From: Callorhinchus milii
Lineage: Eukaryota
Length of the DNA stretch: 64,000 nt
Assembly (NCBI RefSeq): GCF_018977255.1
Contig: NW_024704749.1
Span: forward strand, 3,100,001 to 3,164,000
Direction of reading: 5' to 3'
In this document: positions 26,946-40,261 of the stretch, in pieces
How positions within the stretch are numbered: the stretch's first letter is position 1
Layout of the letters: each line of letters starts with the position of its first letter
Program-made: the position numbers and the translations under genes
The notes under the pieces: model-generated
The model's input: the letters and a program-made list of their open reading frames with translations, nothing else
Told to the model about the DNA's origin: nothing
The model's database searches: none

Positions 26946-27843
26946 AACACCTTCTATTATATTTGTTTCAATATTGATCTGCAAAAAACAATGTATAATA
27001 CGTACCAATTTAATTGTTTGCGATAAAGGGAAAACTCCTTTTGGCAATATAAACGCTTGTTGTAAAGATTGTCTTAAGCATATGGTTACGTTGATTGAGA
27101 TCTATCGACATTGGTGGGCTATGTAGTTGGGGAGGAGGGAGGTGGAGATCAACGTATGTCAGTTAATTAGCTTCCAAATCCAGGATTGATGTACACCATT
27201 GTTGGGACAGAACATTTCATATGCACATAGTTTGTAAGAACGTTCATGACTTAATATTTAACATTGTGCAATACTTTGACTTCACTTTCACTTTAAGTTG
27301 TTTTCAGTTTAATTTGAAGGTTGGTTCTTTTTAAGAACGACATGAAAAGGTTTCCAAATTACCATAGTGATTTTACTAATTCATCAAATATTTAATGTTT
27401 ATCTAAAATAATTCTAAATATTCATATAAATATAAAAATAAACCTTGTGGTATGGACAAAAATGAATGAAATCAAGAGAAGAACTGGAAGAAAAAGAGCC
27501 ACAGTACAGAGAACAATGGACAAGTTATTTTATTAAGATGCGGGATCTGTTAATTCTTTAATGTTACACAAGGCTCTTCATCATTACAGTGCTAAAACAC
27601 TGTAAAATACAACCATTCAATCCCAACAAACTGACAAAGGGTTTTAATATATTACTTCAAAGATCTAAAAGCTTCTTTCTACCTGTCGAGAAATTTACTG
27701 AAAGTGTTTACAAGGCAAATTTGTTCCTCAAATTGGACATTCCTGACAAAATGACCATAATTTAGAAAAGATTACGAACACAATTACTATTATTTAATGT
27801 AGATTGCCAATGGTACATTCAGCTAGCACGGCACATTCCCAAT

Positions 27844-28166
27844 TTAGGTACAACTAAATCTGGCGATGCTTCTTTCGAGCGGAGTCGCCAGAGTCTGGTG
27901 CTTGACCACACAGGAATACAGCTCGTGTTACTCCCACTTGGAGGTTGGCAGAGTCAGATAACTGCTCACACTGTACGTGTTGTCCGCCTGCTGTTTGATC
28001 GCACTCGTTTCAACACTTTCACTTCTGGCACCGCCATCCACAGTCCACTCGACCTCCACAGCTCCCGGGATAAAATCATTCACCAGACACACCAGGGTCG
28101 CCTTGCTCTTTGCTGTGATTTGATCTGGTGAAGGCAGAAGGACAGTCACCGAAGGGTCCCGTGGGT
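27844..28166 (-). pseudogene. Ig lambda-type constant exon C3 pseudogene
   Basis: Very similar to C1/C2. Acceptor AG changed to AA (plus 28167-28168 tt vs ct). In-frame TAA at 27930-27928 where paralogs have TCA (W-E-S). Upstream paralogy is lost within ~10 bp of the exon. Confidence 0.92.
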
Positions 28167-29089
28167 TTGGAAGGCAAATATTTTATATTTTAAAGGTGGA
28201 AGTATCAAAACCGGGGCTCATTGCTCTGCTCCAAACTGGATCAAAATGCACTACCGCACTTGCTAAGTGAACTGACCATAATGTTTCAATTGTTCTAAAA
28301 GTAATGGATCAGAAGGTAATGTGAATTGTCGGTGAAAGAAACCTATCCTTGAATTGTTGCTAGTCTTCTAGATACCAGTCAAAAAGTGTCTCTAGGATGG
28401 TTCAATTCTCATCATATTCAATTAGTTACTCACTGGCAACATTTCCACGTTATGACATTATTATGGAGTCCTGTCGCTCAGTGGTTAGAGCACTCACCTC
28501 GCACGGGAGAGACCTTGGTTCGATTCCCCATAGGCCAAAATATTTGTCTTAAAAACAGAAGTTGCTGGGAACATGCAGCAGGTTAGGTCGTATCTATGGA
28601 GAGAGGAAAGTTAGTTCATGTTTCAGGTCAATAGCCTTTTGTCAGAACATTTGTATAGAGCCTTGGATAAAAGATAAAATAAAATAATCCTCAATTGGTT
28701 CCAGAATATTGGAAGCCTCTTAAACCACTGAATATAATATATTGTTCCCTTAAGGCCATATTTAAGTGCTCACCTAGATTGTTAGCTCAAAGACCTGATG
28801 TGGAGCTTGAACCCACAGCCTTGTTGTCTTGTGACGTAAAAGTCATATGTCCAAAGAATTCTCTTCATGGGTCGGAGGTCCCAAGTATCAGCAGGTGGGG
28901 GGGGGTGGGGGGCTCCTATGGTCTATATCTGTAGTCCAGGATGAAGCAGCGAGGTGGAATTTTAGTGAAAAGGGGAAATGGCTGCAGTGAAGGAGGGTTC
29001 TGGCCTATGCTGAACTGTCACTGAGCAACAACAACAACATGCATTTATGTAGCATTCCTCATGTACAATAGCACCTGGAAGTGCTTTAC

Positions 29090-30205
29090 AATGAAAACAA
29101 CAACAAATTCTATTTGTATAGGGCCTTTCACGTTGGGAGGACATCCCAAGTCACTGGATCATCAGAGATTTGGATCCCAACTTGGTTAGAGGGCAGGGAG
29201 CGTAGCAATATGAGAGTGACCAAAGATGCAGTCAAAGAGGATGGTTGTGAGATGGGCCTTGACGGAGGCAAGAGAGGGAGCAAGGCAAATGGACTGCAGG
29301 AGAATTACAAAGGACAGGGCAGAGAGGCTGAAGGCCCGATGTTGATGGTGGGGTGGACCTGGTGGGGAAATGGAGCAAGTGTACTAAGCGGAGGGAGTGG
29401 ACAGGTCAATATGGAGTTAGCAGGTCACAGAGGTAGGAAGGAGCAAGGCTGTGGGGAATTTTGAAGATGTAGCTGGGAATTTTGAACCGTATCATCTGGG
29501 GGATGGGGAGCCAATGGAGCCAGGCGAGGTTGGGGGTAATAGGATCATGGAGGTTGGTGCAGGAGAGGACACGAGCTGCAAAATTCTGAAAGAGGGAAGA
29601 GTTAGAAATACCAACCAAGAAGTAAGGAGTTTGCGTAATCAAACCTGGATGTAATAAATATGTGGTTGAAGGTCTCGGTGGCCTGAAAGGGAGAGGTAGT
29701 GGAAGATCCAGGCAGAGCGGAGGTGGAGGAAGGCAGAATGGGTCATGGCATGGATGTGAGGTGGAAAGGATAGTTGAGGGTCAAACAAGATGACAAGGGC
29801 CCGGACTGTCTCAGTGAGATGTAGAGTCCATTCATGGATAGTGATGCCGTTTGTGACTGAGGTGTGAAGGCCTTGATGGGAGCCAATTAGGAGGGCCTCG
29901 GTTTGTTGACATTTAACTGGAGAAAGTTAGCTGTCATCTAGGACTGGATGTCTGACAAACTAACCATCAGGATAGCATTGGTCTTGGATTAGAGGGGTGA
30001 TATAGAGAGATAGAGGTGGGTTTCATCCACATACATGTGGAAGTTGACCTCATATCTGCAGATGATGTCACCAAGGGGGAGATACTGAAGAGGAAAGGAC
30101 CAAGGACAGAGCCCCAAGGAACAACACACCATGTGATGCGGGAGTTCATGGAAGATGGGAGGAGAAGCCAGCCATTCATGGAGACAAAGTGGAGACAGTG
30201 TGAAA

Positions 30206-30238
<33 letters not shown>

Positions 30239-33200
30239 CCTTGCATTTGATATAGCGCTTTTCACGTCGGGAGGACGTCCCAAAGTGCTTCACAGAACAC
30301 ACTGTAAAGTGAATTGACTGTATATTTGTGGGCGAACGCGGCAGCCAATTGTGCACAGCAATGTCCCACAAACAGTCATGGATTGAAAATGACCAATTTA
30401 TTATTGTTTTTGGTTTTGGAGGGATTATTATTAGGCTCTGTGTGGAGTAAGGAAACTTGTCCAAGGTTTTGCCCTGACCTGCCGGGGATTGAACTCAGGT
30501 CTCTCGCTTGCAAAGCGAGTGCTCTAACCTGGAGTTGAGGGAGCAGGCTTCATTTTAGTCTTGATGGAGGTGCTATATAAATGTAATTTATTGTTGTTGT
30601 TGAAAGAAGAGGGGGAGACAAGTTCAAAAGTGTGGAGAGAGGGATGGGTATGGGCCCGAGCGTGAGGGAGAAGTGGGGGTGAAAGCGAGGTGGGAAAGGG
30701 TGGCAGTAAAGAAGGCAGAGGCAGCTGAGTGGATCTCGAGGAAGTCCACTCGAGGAAGTCCAGCATCTCCTCACAGTTGGAATTGGTGAAGAAGATGGGT
30801 TAGGCATGAGAGGGTGGGTGGAGAAGCCAGTGGGTGGTGGGCAGAGGGATGGTGGAATTAAGCGAGATGAAGTAATGGTCTGGGATGGCTTTGTTGGTGA
30901 TAGTGATGCCTAAGATGCTGAGGCATCAGGTAATCATCAGATCAAGCAGATGGCCATGGACATCAGTAGCAGAGTTGAGGGAGGGAAAGGTTGTGACAGC
31001 AGGCAGTAGACGTCAGAGGAGGTAGGACAAAAAGGAGTGTAGTAGAGGTGGAAGTCGTTTAAGACCAGGAGGCATTCAGAACAACAACAACAAAATTACA
31101 TTTGTATAGTACCTTTTACATCAGGAAGATGTCCCAAGGTGCTGGACAATGAGTGTTTCAGACCCTGGGGTCGGGAGCAGGGAGGGTTGAGGCAGGGGGG
31201 GAATGAGGGTGACTGAAGGCAAGGTTGAAGAAGAGGGTCTTGAGACCGGTCTTGAAGGAGGCATGGGAGGAGATGGAGGGCCTGCGGGATGGAGTTCCAG
31301 AGAGTGGGGGCGGAATGGCTGAAGGTCCAACCGCCAATTGTGGGGCGGGCAAGGCAGGGATCGTGAAGCAGGCTGAAGTCTGCTGAGTGGAGAGAGCGGA
31401 AGGTTGGTAGGGGGTTAGGAGGTCGCAGAGGTAGGGGAACAAGGCCATGGAGGGCATTGAAGGTGAGGACCAGGTTCTTAAACTGTATCCTCTGTGTGAT
31501 GGGAAGGCAGTGGAGTTGGGCGGGGATGGGGGGGTGATAGGTTCACAGAGCTTGGTGTGGGAGAAGATATGGGCTGTAGAGTTCTGGATGATATGCAACC
31601 TATGGAGGGAAGAGTTGGGGAGACCAAAAAGCAGGGAGTTTGTATAGTCAAGCCTGAATGTTATGAATGGATGTATGAATATCTCAGCGGCCTGCGTTGT
31701 GAGGCAATGGCGGAGCTGGGTGATGTTGTGGAGGTGGGGGAAGGCAGAGCAGGTCATGACACAGATGTGGGGTAGAAAGGATAGTTGAAGGTCAAATAAG
31801 ACTCCAAGTTTCCAGAGTGGCTCAGTGAGGTGGAGTGTGCTTCCTTGGATGGTGATGCTGTCAGTGTCTGAGGTGTGGAGGCGCTGACTGGAGCCAATCA
31901 GGAGGGCCTCAGTCTTGTTCAGGACAGAGAAAGGTGGGGATGTCACAGGGGAAAGTGGGAGAGGATGTTAGAGGTGCAATAAATGAGGAGAATTTAAGGG
32001 AAAGATTGGAGGGATAGCAAAGAGGTTCAAAGGAGGGGAAGGATCGATAGGAGCAATTAAAGAGATAGGCCAAGTGGGGACTTGAGAGCCACACCCCCAC
32101 CACGGTGGTTAGGTCATTGGGTATGGTGGAAGCTACAGTTGGATGGGGTGGTCTAAGTCAGGGAGAACAACAACAACAACAAATTATGCTTGTGTAGCGT
32201 CCTTCAGGTCGGAAAAATATCATAGACTGCCAAAGGTGTTGCCTGGGGCAATCCAGGTTTTAGTGAGACTGAGGATGTCAATGTTTCCGTCAATAATGAA
32301 GTCATGGACAGTGAGGGCTTTGTTAGAGAAAGCGCAGATGATTTGTTGGGCGATGCAGAGGGACAGATGGCAGAGGAAGGTGCGAGACGAGAAGGGGGAA
32401 CAGGTGGATTAATAGGGAGGGGGGAATGTAGATGAAGGAGGAGAGGTTTGCCCCTGTGGTCTGGGGAATGGGGCAATCAGGGTAGCTGCTGCTGGACAGC
32501 CAATGATAAGTGACATAGTGAGCTTGGTGGAAGATTCCCAGGTTGGAGCAGAAGGAGACTACAGGAATGGTCAAGTGGAGATAGGAGAGGACGATGGGAG
32601 AGGAAGACCAAGTGGAAGAAATGGAGAGTAGAGGTCAGGTCATGGGCAGCAGCCTAAGTCCACAGGCCAAGACTGAGAGCAGGCAATGACTGGGTGGATG
32701 CCCAACAGTGGGGATAGGGCAAAGGGGAAATAAGGTGAACATAGGCAGAGTTGAACAGGTAGGTTTTGAGACGGCACATTGGAGGGGATGAGCCAGAAGG
32801 TTTGAGGAAATGAGTTTCAGAGGTTAGGAGCATAGAATTAGAAAGCTTGGCTACTGATGGCAGAGTGGGGAGTGTGCAGTAAGTCCAAGTCAACTGATTG
32901 GAGGAGGCAAGCAGAGGAATGAAGAGATCAGAGAGAGGGATACATTGAGGCATGGATGTATTTGTGGGTGAGCGTAAGGATCTTGAGGTTGATCCACTAA
33001 GAGAAGGGGATCCAATAGAGATTGGTAAGGACTGGTTGATGGATATATGGATATATGGAGTTTGGTGCAGGTGAGTTGAAGTTTATGGATGGTGAAGCTA
33101 GGGAGACTAGTGAGGATTGCATTAAAAAAAAATCCAGCTGGGTGGTGATGAAATCATCGATAAGAGTTTCAGGTACATTTAGAATAGAGGTGGGCAATGT

Positions 33201-33520
33201 AGTGGAGATGAAGAAGAGCAGTCCTAGTCAGAGACTTGATGTGATGTCAGTGGCTTTGTCGGGAAGGGGGAAAAGTGCAAAAAATGTTGACTTTGTCTGC
33301 TACCAGGAGAGTAGTTGAATGGTCAACAGCTGAATGGGGATGGGGGGCTTTGGTAGGTGGTGGTTTCATATTAGTATAAGGTTTGAGAGAAATGTGGGAT
33401 AGAGGAGCATGAAAATGTTTAGGTTGGAGCAGTGGGGGAAGACAAGACGAAGCAGACAGCTGGATTTTATCAATTTTGCTCATTAGGAAGTTTCTTTTCT
33501 CCGCACATTTGTTGTCAGAG
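29090..33520 (-). mobile_element. Cluster of nested/degenerate L2 fragments
   Basis: Several minus-strand L2 RT pieces (e.g. ORFs 29406-29642 and 31158-31946) and (AAC)n tails at ~29095, 31080 and 32166. Confidence 0.75.
30207..30530 (-). mobile_element. SINE inserted in L2
   Basis: Near-consensus copy with a long (TAA)n tail. Confidence 0.88.
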
Positions 33521-34087
33521 GTTAGGATGGAGGAGGCTTGGGAATACTGAGGTAGCTTTGCAATGGGTATGTGTATTTGCCAAAATCCCTCATGTGTGGA
33601 CCTGGATTAAGTACACAGGTGTTTTATCCTTTTTGGCACCCAAGTACCCCAGTGAATGGCTCCCAAATCTTGACATCCCATGTAGCCTGTACAGGGCATA
33701 AGCATTGGAAACCATTCATGCGGGCATTTGGGAAATTTCCTGATTTTCCCATTTATCCAGTCCACCTCGACCTGTATTCTCACCTGCACCAAACTCTGCA
33801 CATCCATGGTTCCATTCCTCACTATACTTCTTGTTGGGATGCCTTTCCGATGTGAAGTGTGCTATACAAGTGAAATTTGTTGTTGTTTCTGAATTGATTG
33901 ACTTCATGGCCCTTACCCTCACATATAAATCCATTCATGTTCTTGCACTTTGTTATCTCTCTCATCTGCTTGCTCCCATCTCCTCTGCCCACTCCTTCAC
34001 TTTGCTAACACAGGCATGTTCTATGGCCCCTCCTCTATCCGTTCCACCATGCATGACCGAATCTTTAGTTATTACTCCCCTAATACA

Positions 34088-34480
34088 TGGAACTCTGTAG
34101 CTTAATGGTTAGAGCACCCACCTCGCAAACGAGAGGACCTGGGTTCAATGCCCGGGCAGGACGAAACTTTAAGCAAGTTTCCTTACTCCCCAAGCCTCGG
34201 TATACCTAGCATTAAGTAGGACTCTGGTTGTTAGTCAATTGGCGGATCACATTTCCAGGGGTAATAATCCCTTAAAAAAAATTTTTATTAAAAATAAATA
34301 AATAATTCAGTCACTCAATCCATGACTATTTGTGGGTCACTGTTGTGTGCAATTGGCTGCCGCGGTTTGCCCACAAAGTATCCAGTCAATGCACTTTACA
34401 GTATATTCTGTAAAGCACTTTGAGACATCTCTAAGACGTGATAAGGTGCTATATCAAATCCAAGGATTATTAATATTATT
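34088..34480 (+). mobile_element. SINE variant (longer body)
   Basis: tRNA-like head and family tail. Extra body segment, also seen at ~57745-58065. Confidence 0.75.
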
Positions 34481-36039
34481 AATTTCCTGAATCTATCCCC
34501 CTCCATGCTCCCTCTCTGTCTATCTTTAATTCCCACCTTAAAATCTACCTCTTTGACCACACCTATGGTCACCTCCCTCTTCATCCTTGCTCAGCCCAAT
34601 GACAGCTGTTGGACAGTGTTACCCGGAGTCAAGGTTTGTGATACCATACTACGCATATCATATTGTATATCCAAACTGTAGCTGGACAATTATAGGAAAG
34701 CTTATTGCACATCAGGACTTGAGCTCATAATGATAATTTTTCCATTGACATAACATCTTGTCAAGTTGTTGACATGACTCAACAACAACATTTATTGCAT
34801 TTCATGTCAGAAGGATATCTCAAAGCAATTTACAGATTGTGAACCCAATTCTTACCTGGGATGCCGGAGCTAAGGAAAGTGGGATGGGGGGGATGGGAGC
34901 TGAGGAGGAATGGGAGTAAGGTCACAAAAAGAACAATTGAAAACAAGGGTCTTAAGCCAGGGAGGGAGGCAAAGAGTAGAAGGGGCCCTGGGAGTTTGGT
35001 GAGATACGAAGCACACCAATGCTTGAAGAATGTAGAAAGTGCCTGGGATGGTAGAAGTTATGATTCCACTAGGATATAAGGTAGTATTTCCAAGTGAAAA
35101 ATTCACTGTTGATATATTCCAAGTTTTTCAATTTTGTCTCTCTCCAAGTAGGCTTCTACAATTTGTCTCCCATTATCTTCCCTGATTTCATTCAGTGGCC
35201 CTGCTTCGATACTTTGATTCTGTCCCGTCCCGTCAGATGATTCACACCTCATCCCTAAAAGTTGGGTTGCAGTTTGCAGAGGAAGGGTGGGATGAGGTCA
35301 GACCATGGAGAGGTTTGAATGCAAGGACAAATGGGGAATGGGGAGCCAGTGGAGGATGGGATGTTAGAGTTGCGGAGCCTGGTGTGACTGAGGTTTCATT
35401 CACTTATAACTTCCCTTTGTGCCAGTGAAGAAACACTTGTTTCATTTGTTGGTAGACATCGCCCTCTATAGGTATTATGATGGAAGTTTCTCATTCTAAG
35501 TCTGAGTTGCTGACATCTAGTAATAATAATAATAATCCTTGCATTTGATATAGGGTCTTATCATGTCTTTGAGACGTCTCAAAGAGCTTCACAGAATATA
35601 TTATAAAGTGAATTGACTGTATATTTTGTGGGCAAAATGTATATCTGCATCTTAATTGCATATCTTAATGTACATCGTCAAGGCCCAAATTTCCACCTAG
35701 TCTTATCCTTTTTAAGAACTATTGAAAACTAATTTCAAATAAGGATTGAATTAATGTATTTTCCAAAATTCCAAGCCTTAAAGATCAAGACATTTAGCCT
35801 AGGTGACATTTCTGGCCTGCTATTTGCTTAAAAAACAAAAGTGAAATAGAATTATTTCTTCTTCAAAAAACAAAGAGTGATCTTACTCAACAGTATCAAT
35901 GGAAAATGTAGTTGAGATACTGATAAAATTGATATTTAGACTACAGGAAAGGTCAAACAGGAAATAAGCAGCCAGAAGTATAAGTTTGAGGCTCATACAC
36001 TTGGAATAAAGCAATGCATGTCAGTCTCTCTCAGTTAGG

Positions 36040-36460
36040 ATCACTCTCATCAGAAGATCGTGGGTTCAAGCCCCATATCAGAACTTGGAACTCATATAGT
36101 CTAACATGGCAATCCGAAGCGTATGGGACTCCTCCACGAGGAGTGTCCTGTATTGTCGGATGAGACTTTAAACCAAGGCCCTTCTGCCTGTTCAGAGGGA
36201 CATTAAAGATCCCATGGCACTATTCAAAAAGAGGAGCTTTTCCTGGTGTCTGTGGCAGCAATCCCCCCAAAATAAAATTGGATACTCACTCCATGGGTGT
36301 TTTTGCCGGACATCCCAGTGCTCAAATATTTGGCTGTTACATTCACCCAAAACACATACATCCGCTGCATTTTATAGCATAATCTGTGAAGTACTTTGGG
36401 ACATCCTCCTGAAAGGCATTACACCAAATGCAAGGATTGGTGTTTAATAATATAATAATA
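36040..36460 (+). mobile_element. Old DeuSINE-like element (SacSINE1/AmnSINE1-type Deu domain)
   Basis: cggatgagactttaaaccaaggccc...aaagatcccatggcactattc, recognised from memory as a Deu-domain core. Related copies at ~40040-40250 (-) and ~60250-60530 (+). Confidence 0.6.
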
Positions 36461-36799
36461 TAATCTTTTGATATAGCACTTTATCACGTTGTCAAGATAG
36501 TTACAATACAATTCACATTTATATCGCATCTTTTACATCGAGAGACCATCCCAAAACACTACATAAACTGCAACAGTTCATATATTCTTTTTCGTTTCCA
36601 CCATTCCGTGGAAAATATAAAGGTAGAAAATAATTAATCTTATAATATTAATAATCCTTGCATTTTATATAGCGCTTTGTCACATCATCAAGACATCTCA
36701 AAGCCCTTCACAGAACATACTGTAAAGTGGATTGACTGCATATTTTCTGGGCGAAGTGTGACAGTTTAAGACAAGCTCATTGTAAGAAAAGGGGAGAAG

Positions 36800-37110
36800 T
36801 TTCAGATGAGCACAGTCTTTGTTCTGCTATTTTTTTTGACTGAAGGGGACAGAGCAGAGGGCAGTCATTAGGGGATCTAAAAGGAAGTTTAGGAGGAACT
36901 TCTTTATGCAGTGGGTCATGAGAATGTGGAACACATTGCCATCAGCAGTGGTTGAAGCAGAAAGCATTGATATATTTAAGAAAAATGTGATGCACGCCTC
37001 GGGAGAAGGGAATAGAAGGGCATGGCAGAGGAGATTAGGAGGGGTGGGTGTTCTGGTGGAGTATAAGCAGGTTAGTTGGGCTGAGTGCCTGTTTCCGTGC
37101 TAAATGTTCT
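36800..37110 (+). mobile_element. CR1 3' fragment
   Basis: FFMQWVMRMWNTLP-type CR1 ORF2 end and a CR1-like 3' UTR. Confidence 0.65.
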
Positions 37111-37299
37111 ATGTAATAATAATAATTCTTAGATTTGGTATAGCGCCTTTCATGTCACGAGGATATCAGAAAGTGCTTCACAGGATTTACTGTGGAATGA
37201 CTGTGTATTTGTAGGTGAATGCAACAGTCCAATTGCTCTCAGCAATTTGTCGCAAACAGTCAAGAAATAAATGACCAGTTTTATAACTAACGTAACAGG

Positions 37300-37610
37300 A
37301 GACAGACACAGAGATATACTCAGAGAGAGAGAGAGAGATACACACAGATAGAGAGAGAGATACACACAGACCGAGTGGGAAATACACATTCCTGTGCTCA
37401 AATATTGGCTGTTACATTCACACAAAACACATACACCCGCTGCATTTTATAGCAGAGGGAGAGATACATATAGATACCGAGAAAAAGAATCAGAGACACA
37501 CATAGACAGAGACAGACAGACAAACAGAGAGAGATACACATATAGAGAGAGAGGGCGATACAGAGAGAGAGAGAGAGCAAGACAGACAGAGATACAGAGA
37601 CACAAGTGAG
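37300..37610. repeat. Degenerate (GA/GACA)n low-complexity tract
   Basis: Runs of gaga and gacagaca. Confidence 0.9.
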
Positions 37611-38370
37611 CCTTCCATTTTAATATAGCACCTTGTCACGTCTTCAAGACGTCTCAAAGACGTCTCAAAGCTCTTTGCAGTATATACTGTGAAGTGAATT
37701 GACTGTATTTTTGCGGGCGAATGTTTACTAAAGCAAAACATTCGGGGGGTAACAGAAGTAACATTTATTATCAATGAGTTTGAGAGCAGTTTGATTTCTC
37801 TGTCAGCAATTTCCCACACTGTCTGTCAGTGAGTGTGTGCAGATGTCACAGAGCCTCGACAAGTGGCATTGGTTGAGCGCTTCTGTACGTTGCAGGTTGA
37901 ATGATGATCTCTTTGGGTTACGTTGTTGTTCGAATCAGTGTGTTACCAACAGGAAACCTTTGCTAAATATATGCGAAGAAATGCTATTACAGGCACCCGT
38001 TTGCAACACAGTTTCTGTCTAAATCAAGCTGTTTCCGCTCAGACCCCATGCGGGACAGTCCCTGTGACACAGTCGCTGTGAGTTTCGGAAAGCAGAAACT
38101 GGTGAGCTGCACTGCAAATAGGCGAGATGGTGAATCATAAGCACTTTGTGGGGTTTATTCTGATCACACTTTGAATTATTTGTGTGACGATGATAAATGT
38201 AAGCACTCAGCGAGTAGCATAAATAATCTATTATTAATTTCTAATCATAAATTTTCATAATCTTGAATTGGGACAAAGATGTATAAGGTGTAGCTTTATT
38301 GGAAGAGAAAACATGGGACACTAATACAGTGGAGTCAACGGCCTCCTGCTATACAATTCTATGGTTTTTA

Positions 38371-38383
38371 GGAAGTGAAACCA
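38371..38383 (+). promoter_or_regulatory. Candidate PU.1-IRF composite element (EICE)
   Basis: GGAAGTGAAACCA. Confidence 0.4.
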
Positions 38384-39112
38384 TAACCTTCTCAGCTGTA
38401 GTAAAAATGGTAATAGATTCAGACAGAAGTAGACCATTGATCCAACTAAAGTATGCATTCAACATCTAAAAAGATTCCTTCACTGCATCTAACTTTTAAT
38501 TTTCAGGAACTGGCTTAATTTTGTTTCAGTTTAAACTCTTCAGATGTTTTTTGCTGTGACACTTGCTGCTATTTTGTTCCATGTGCCTATTATCCTTTAC
38601 TGTAGATTAAAAAAAACTTTCACACTTCCCTTATTACACTCCTTTGTTGACTTTTTTTTAATACTTTGTCTTTGAATTTATCTATGGCCTATCTAGATTT
38701 TCTGTTTCTTTCATAGTCGTCTAAAAACCACATGAACAGGAAAATTAGGTAGTGGGTTTTGCAGCTCATCAGTTGTGACAACGCAGGTGTTCTCAGCACC
38801 AAATTGGAATGAGCACAAAGTAACAGTTACTTTATCTTGGCATTCTGACACAGAGGTATTGCTACCAACTGATTCAGAAGCATTATTATCAGAAGTCAGA
38901 CCCTTTCCACTTAAGATACTAATAATAACCCTTGCATTTGATATAGCGCCTTTTCACGTCAATGAACAATCTCAAAGTCATCTCAAATTGCTTCACAGCA
39001 TAAACAATACAAAATTACAGTTGTAAAGTGCCTTTCACGTTGGGAGGACATTCCCAAGGTTCTGATCAGTCAGGGATTAGGAACCGAGTGGGGTGGGTAC
39101 ACTTTACACTTT

Positions 39113-39434
39113 GTGGAGTCCTGTAGCTCAGTGGTTAGAGCATCCGCTTTGCAAACGAGAGACCTGAGTTCAATTCCAGGCAGGGCGAAACCTTGGGCAA
39201 GTTTCCTTACTCCACACAGAGCCTAATAATAATCCCTCCAAAAAACAAAACAATAATTAATTGGTCATTTTCAATCTACGACTGTTTGTGGGACATTGCT
39301 GTGCGCAATTGGCTGCCGCGTTCGCCCACAAATATACAGTCAATTCACTTTACAGTGTGTTCTGTGAAGCGCTTTGGGACGTCCTCCCGACGTGAAAAGC
39401 GCTATATCAAATGCAAGGATTATTATTATTATTA
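39113..39434 (+). mobile_element. SINE (near-consensus), followed by an inverted degenerate copy 39460-39760
   Basis: Full-length head to (ATT)n tail. Confidence 0.88.
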
Positions 39435-40261
39435 TATTTACATATTGTATACTGTACATTTTACAGTATACAATATACTGTAAAGTGGGTTGACTGTATA
39501 TTTTGTGGGCAAAGCGCAGCAGCCAATTGCTCACAGAATGACCCACAAACAGACATGGATTGAGTAACCAAATTATTATCATTATTTATTTTGGGGGGAA
39601 GATATTATTACCACTGGAAAGCAATCCACCAATCAACTAACATCCAGTTTCCTATTTACTACAAGGTAAACAAAGGTGTGTGGAGTAAGGAAACTTCTCT
39701 AAGGTTTTGCCCTGCTCTCTTGTGAGGCAAGAATGCTAATCACTATGCTACAGGACTCAATTTTCCATGCTTATAGGTGTTATAAAATGCAAGCTTGATT
39801 AATTTATAAATGCTGCTTCTGTAACAGCCAGAAATCCATTTACTGTATACAGGAGTATTACATTTCATGTGGTACATCGCCCTCTACAGAGAACATGTTG
39901 AAAGGTATTCAAGTTGCTTCCGGTCCTTGACTCAAAGCTGCTGACATCTGGCATATCAGAATCAAAAGAGCACATGAGAGGTTCAAATAAAGAAGGCTCC
40001 ATTCATTTAATCCTTCCAATACACTTTTGCACCAGTGCAAAATACAAATCAGTGTAGTGCTGGGTGAATCTAGTATTGTCAGATGTTCTGTCCTTTAGAT
40101 AAGACATTTAACCAAATTCCCATCTTCCTGTTCAGTTGGACGTTAAATATCCCAGGCCATCATCTGAAAAGAGAAGGGTATCTCTCTTAGTATCTGGCCA
40201 GCAATCCTCCAGATATACAGTGAATTCCTGAAAATAAGACCTTATATCACCATGCTGTCAA

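Larger units (their letters stand above)
19220..28175. repeat. Tandem segmental duplication unit C (expanded by L2, LTR, CR1 and SINE insertions)
   Basis: 19230-20890, 23830-23890, 24330-25440 and 26960-28170 match units A/B. Confidence 0.85.
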
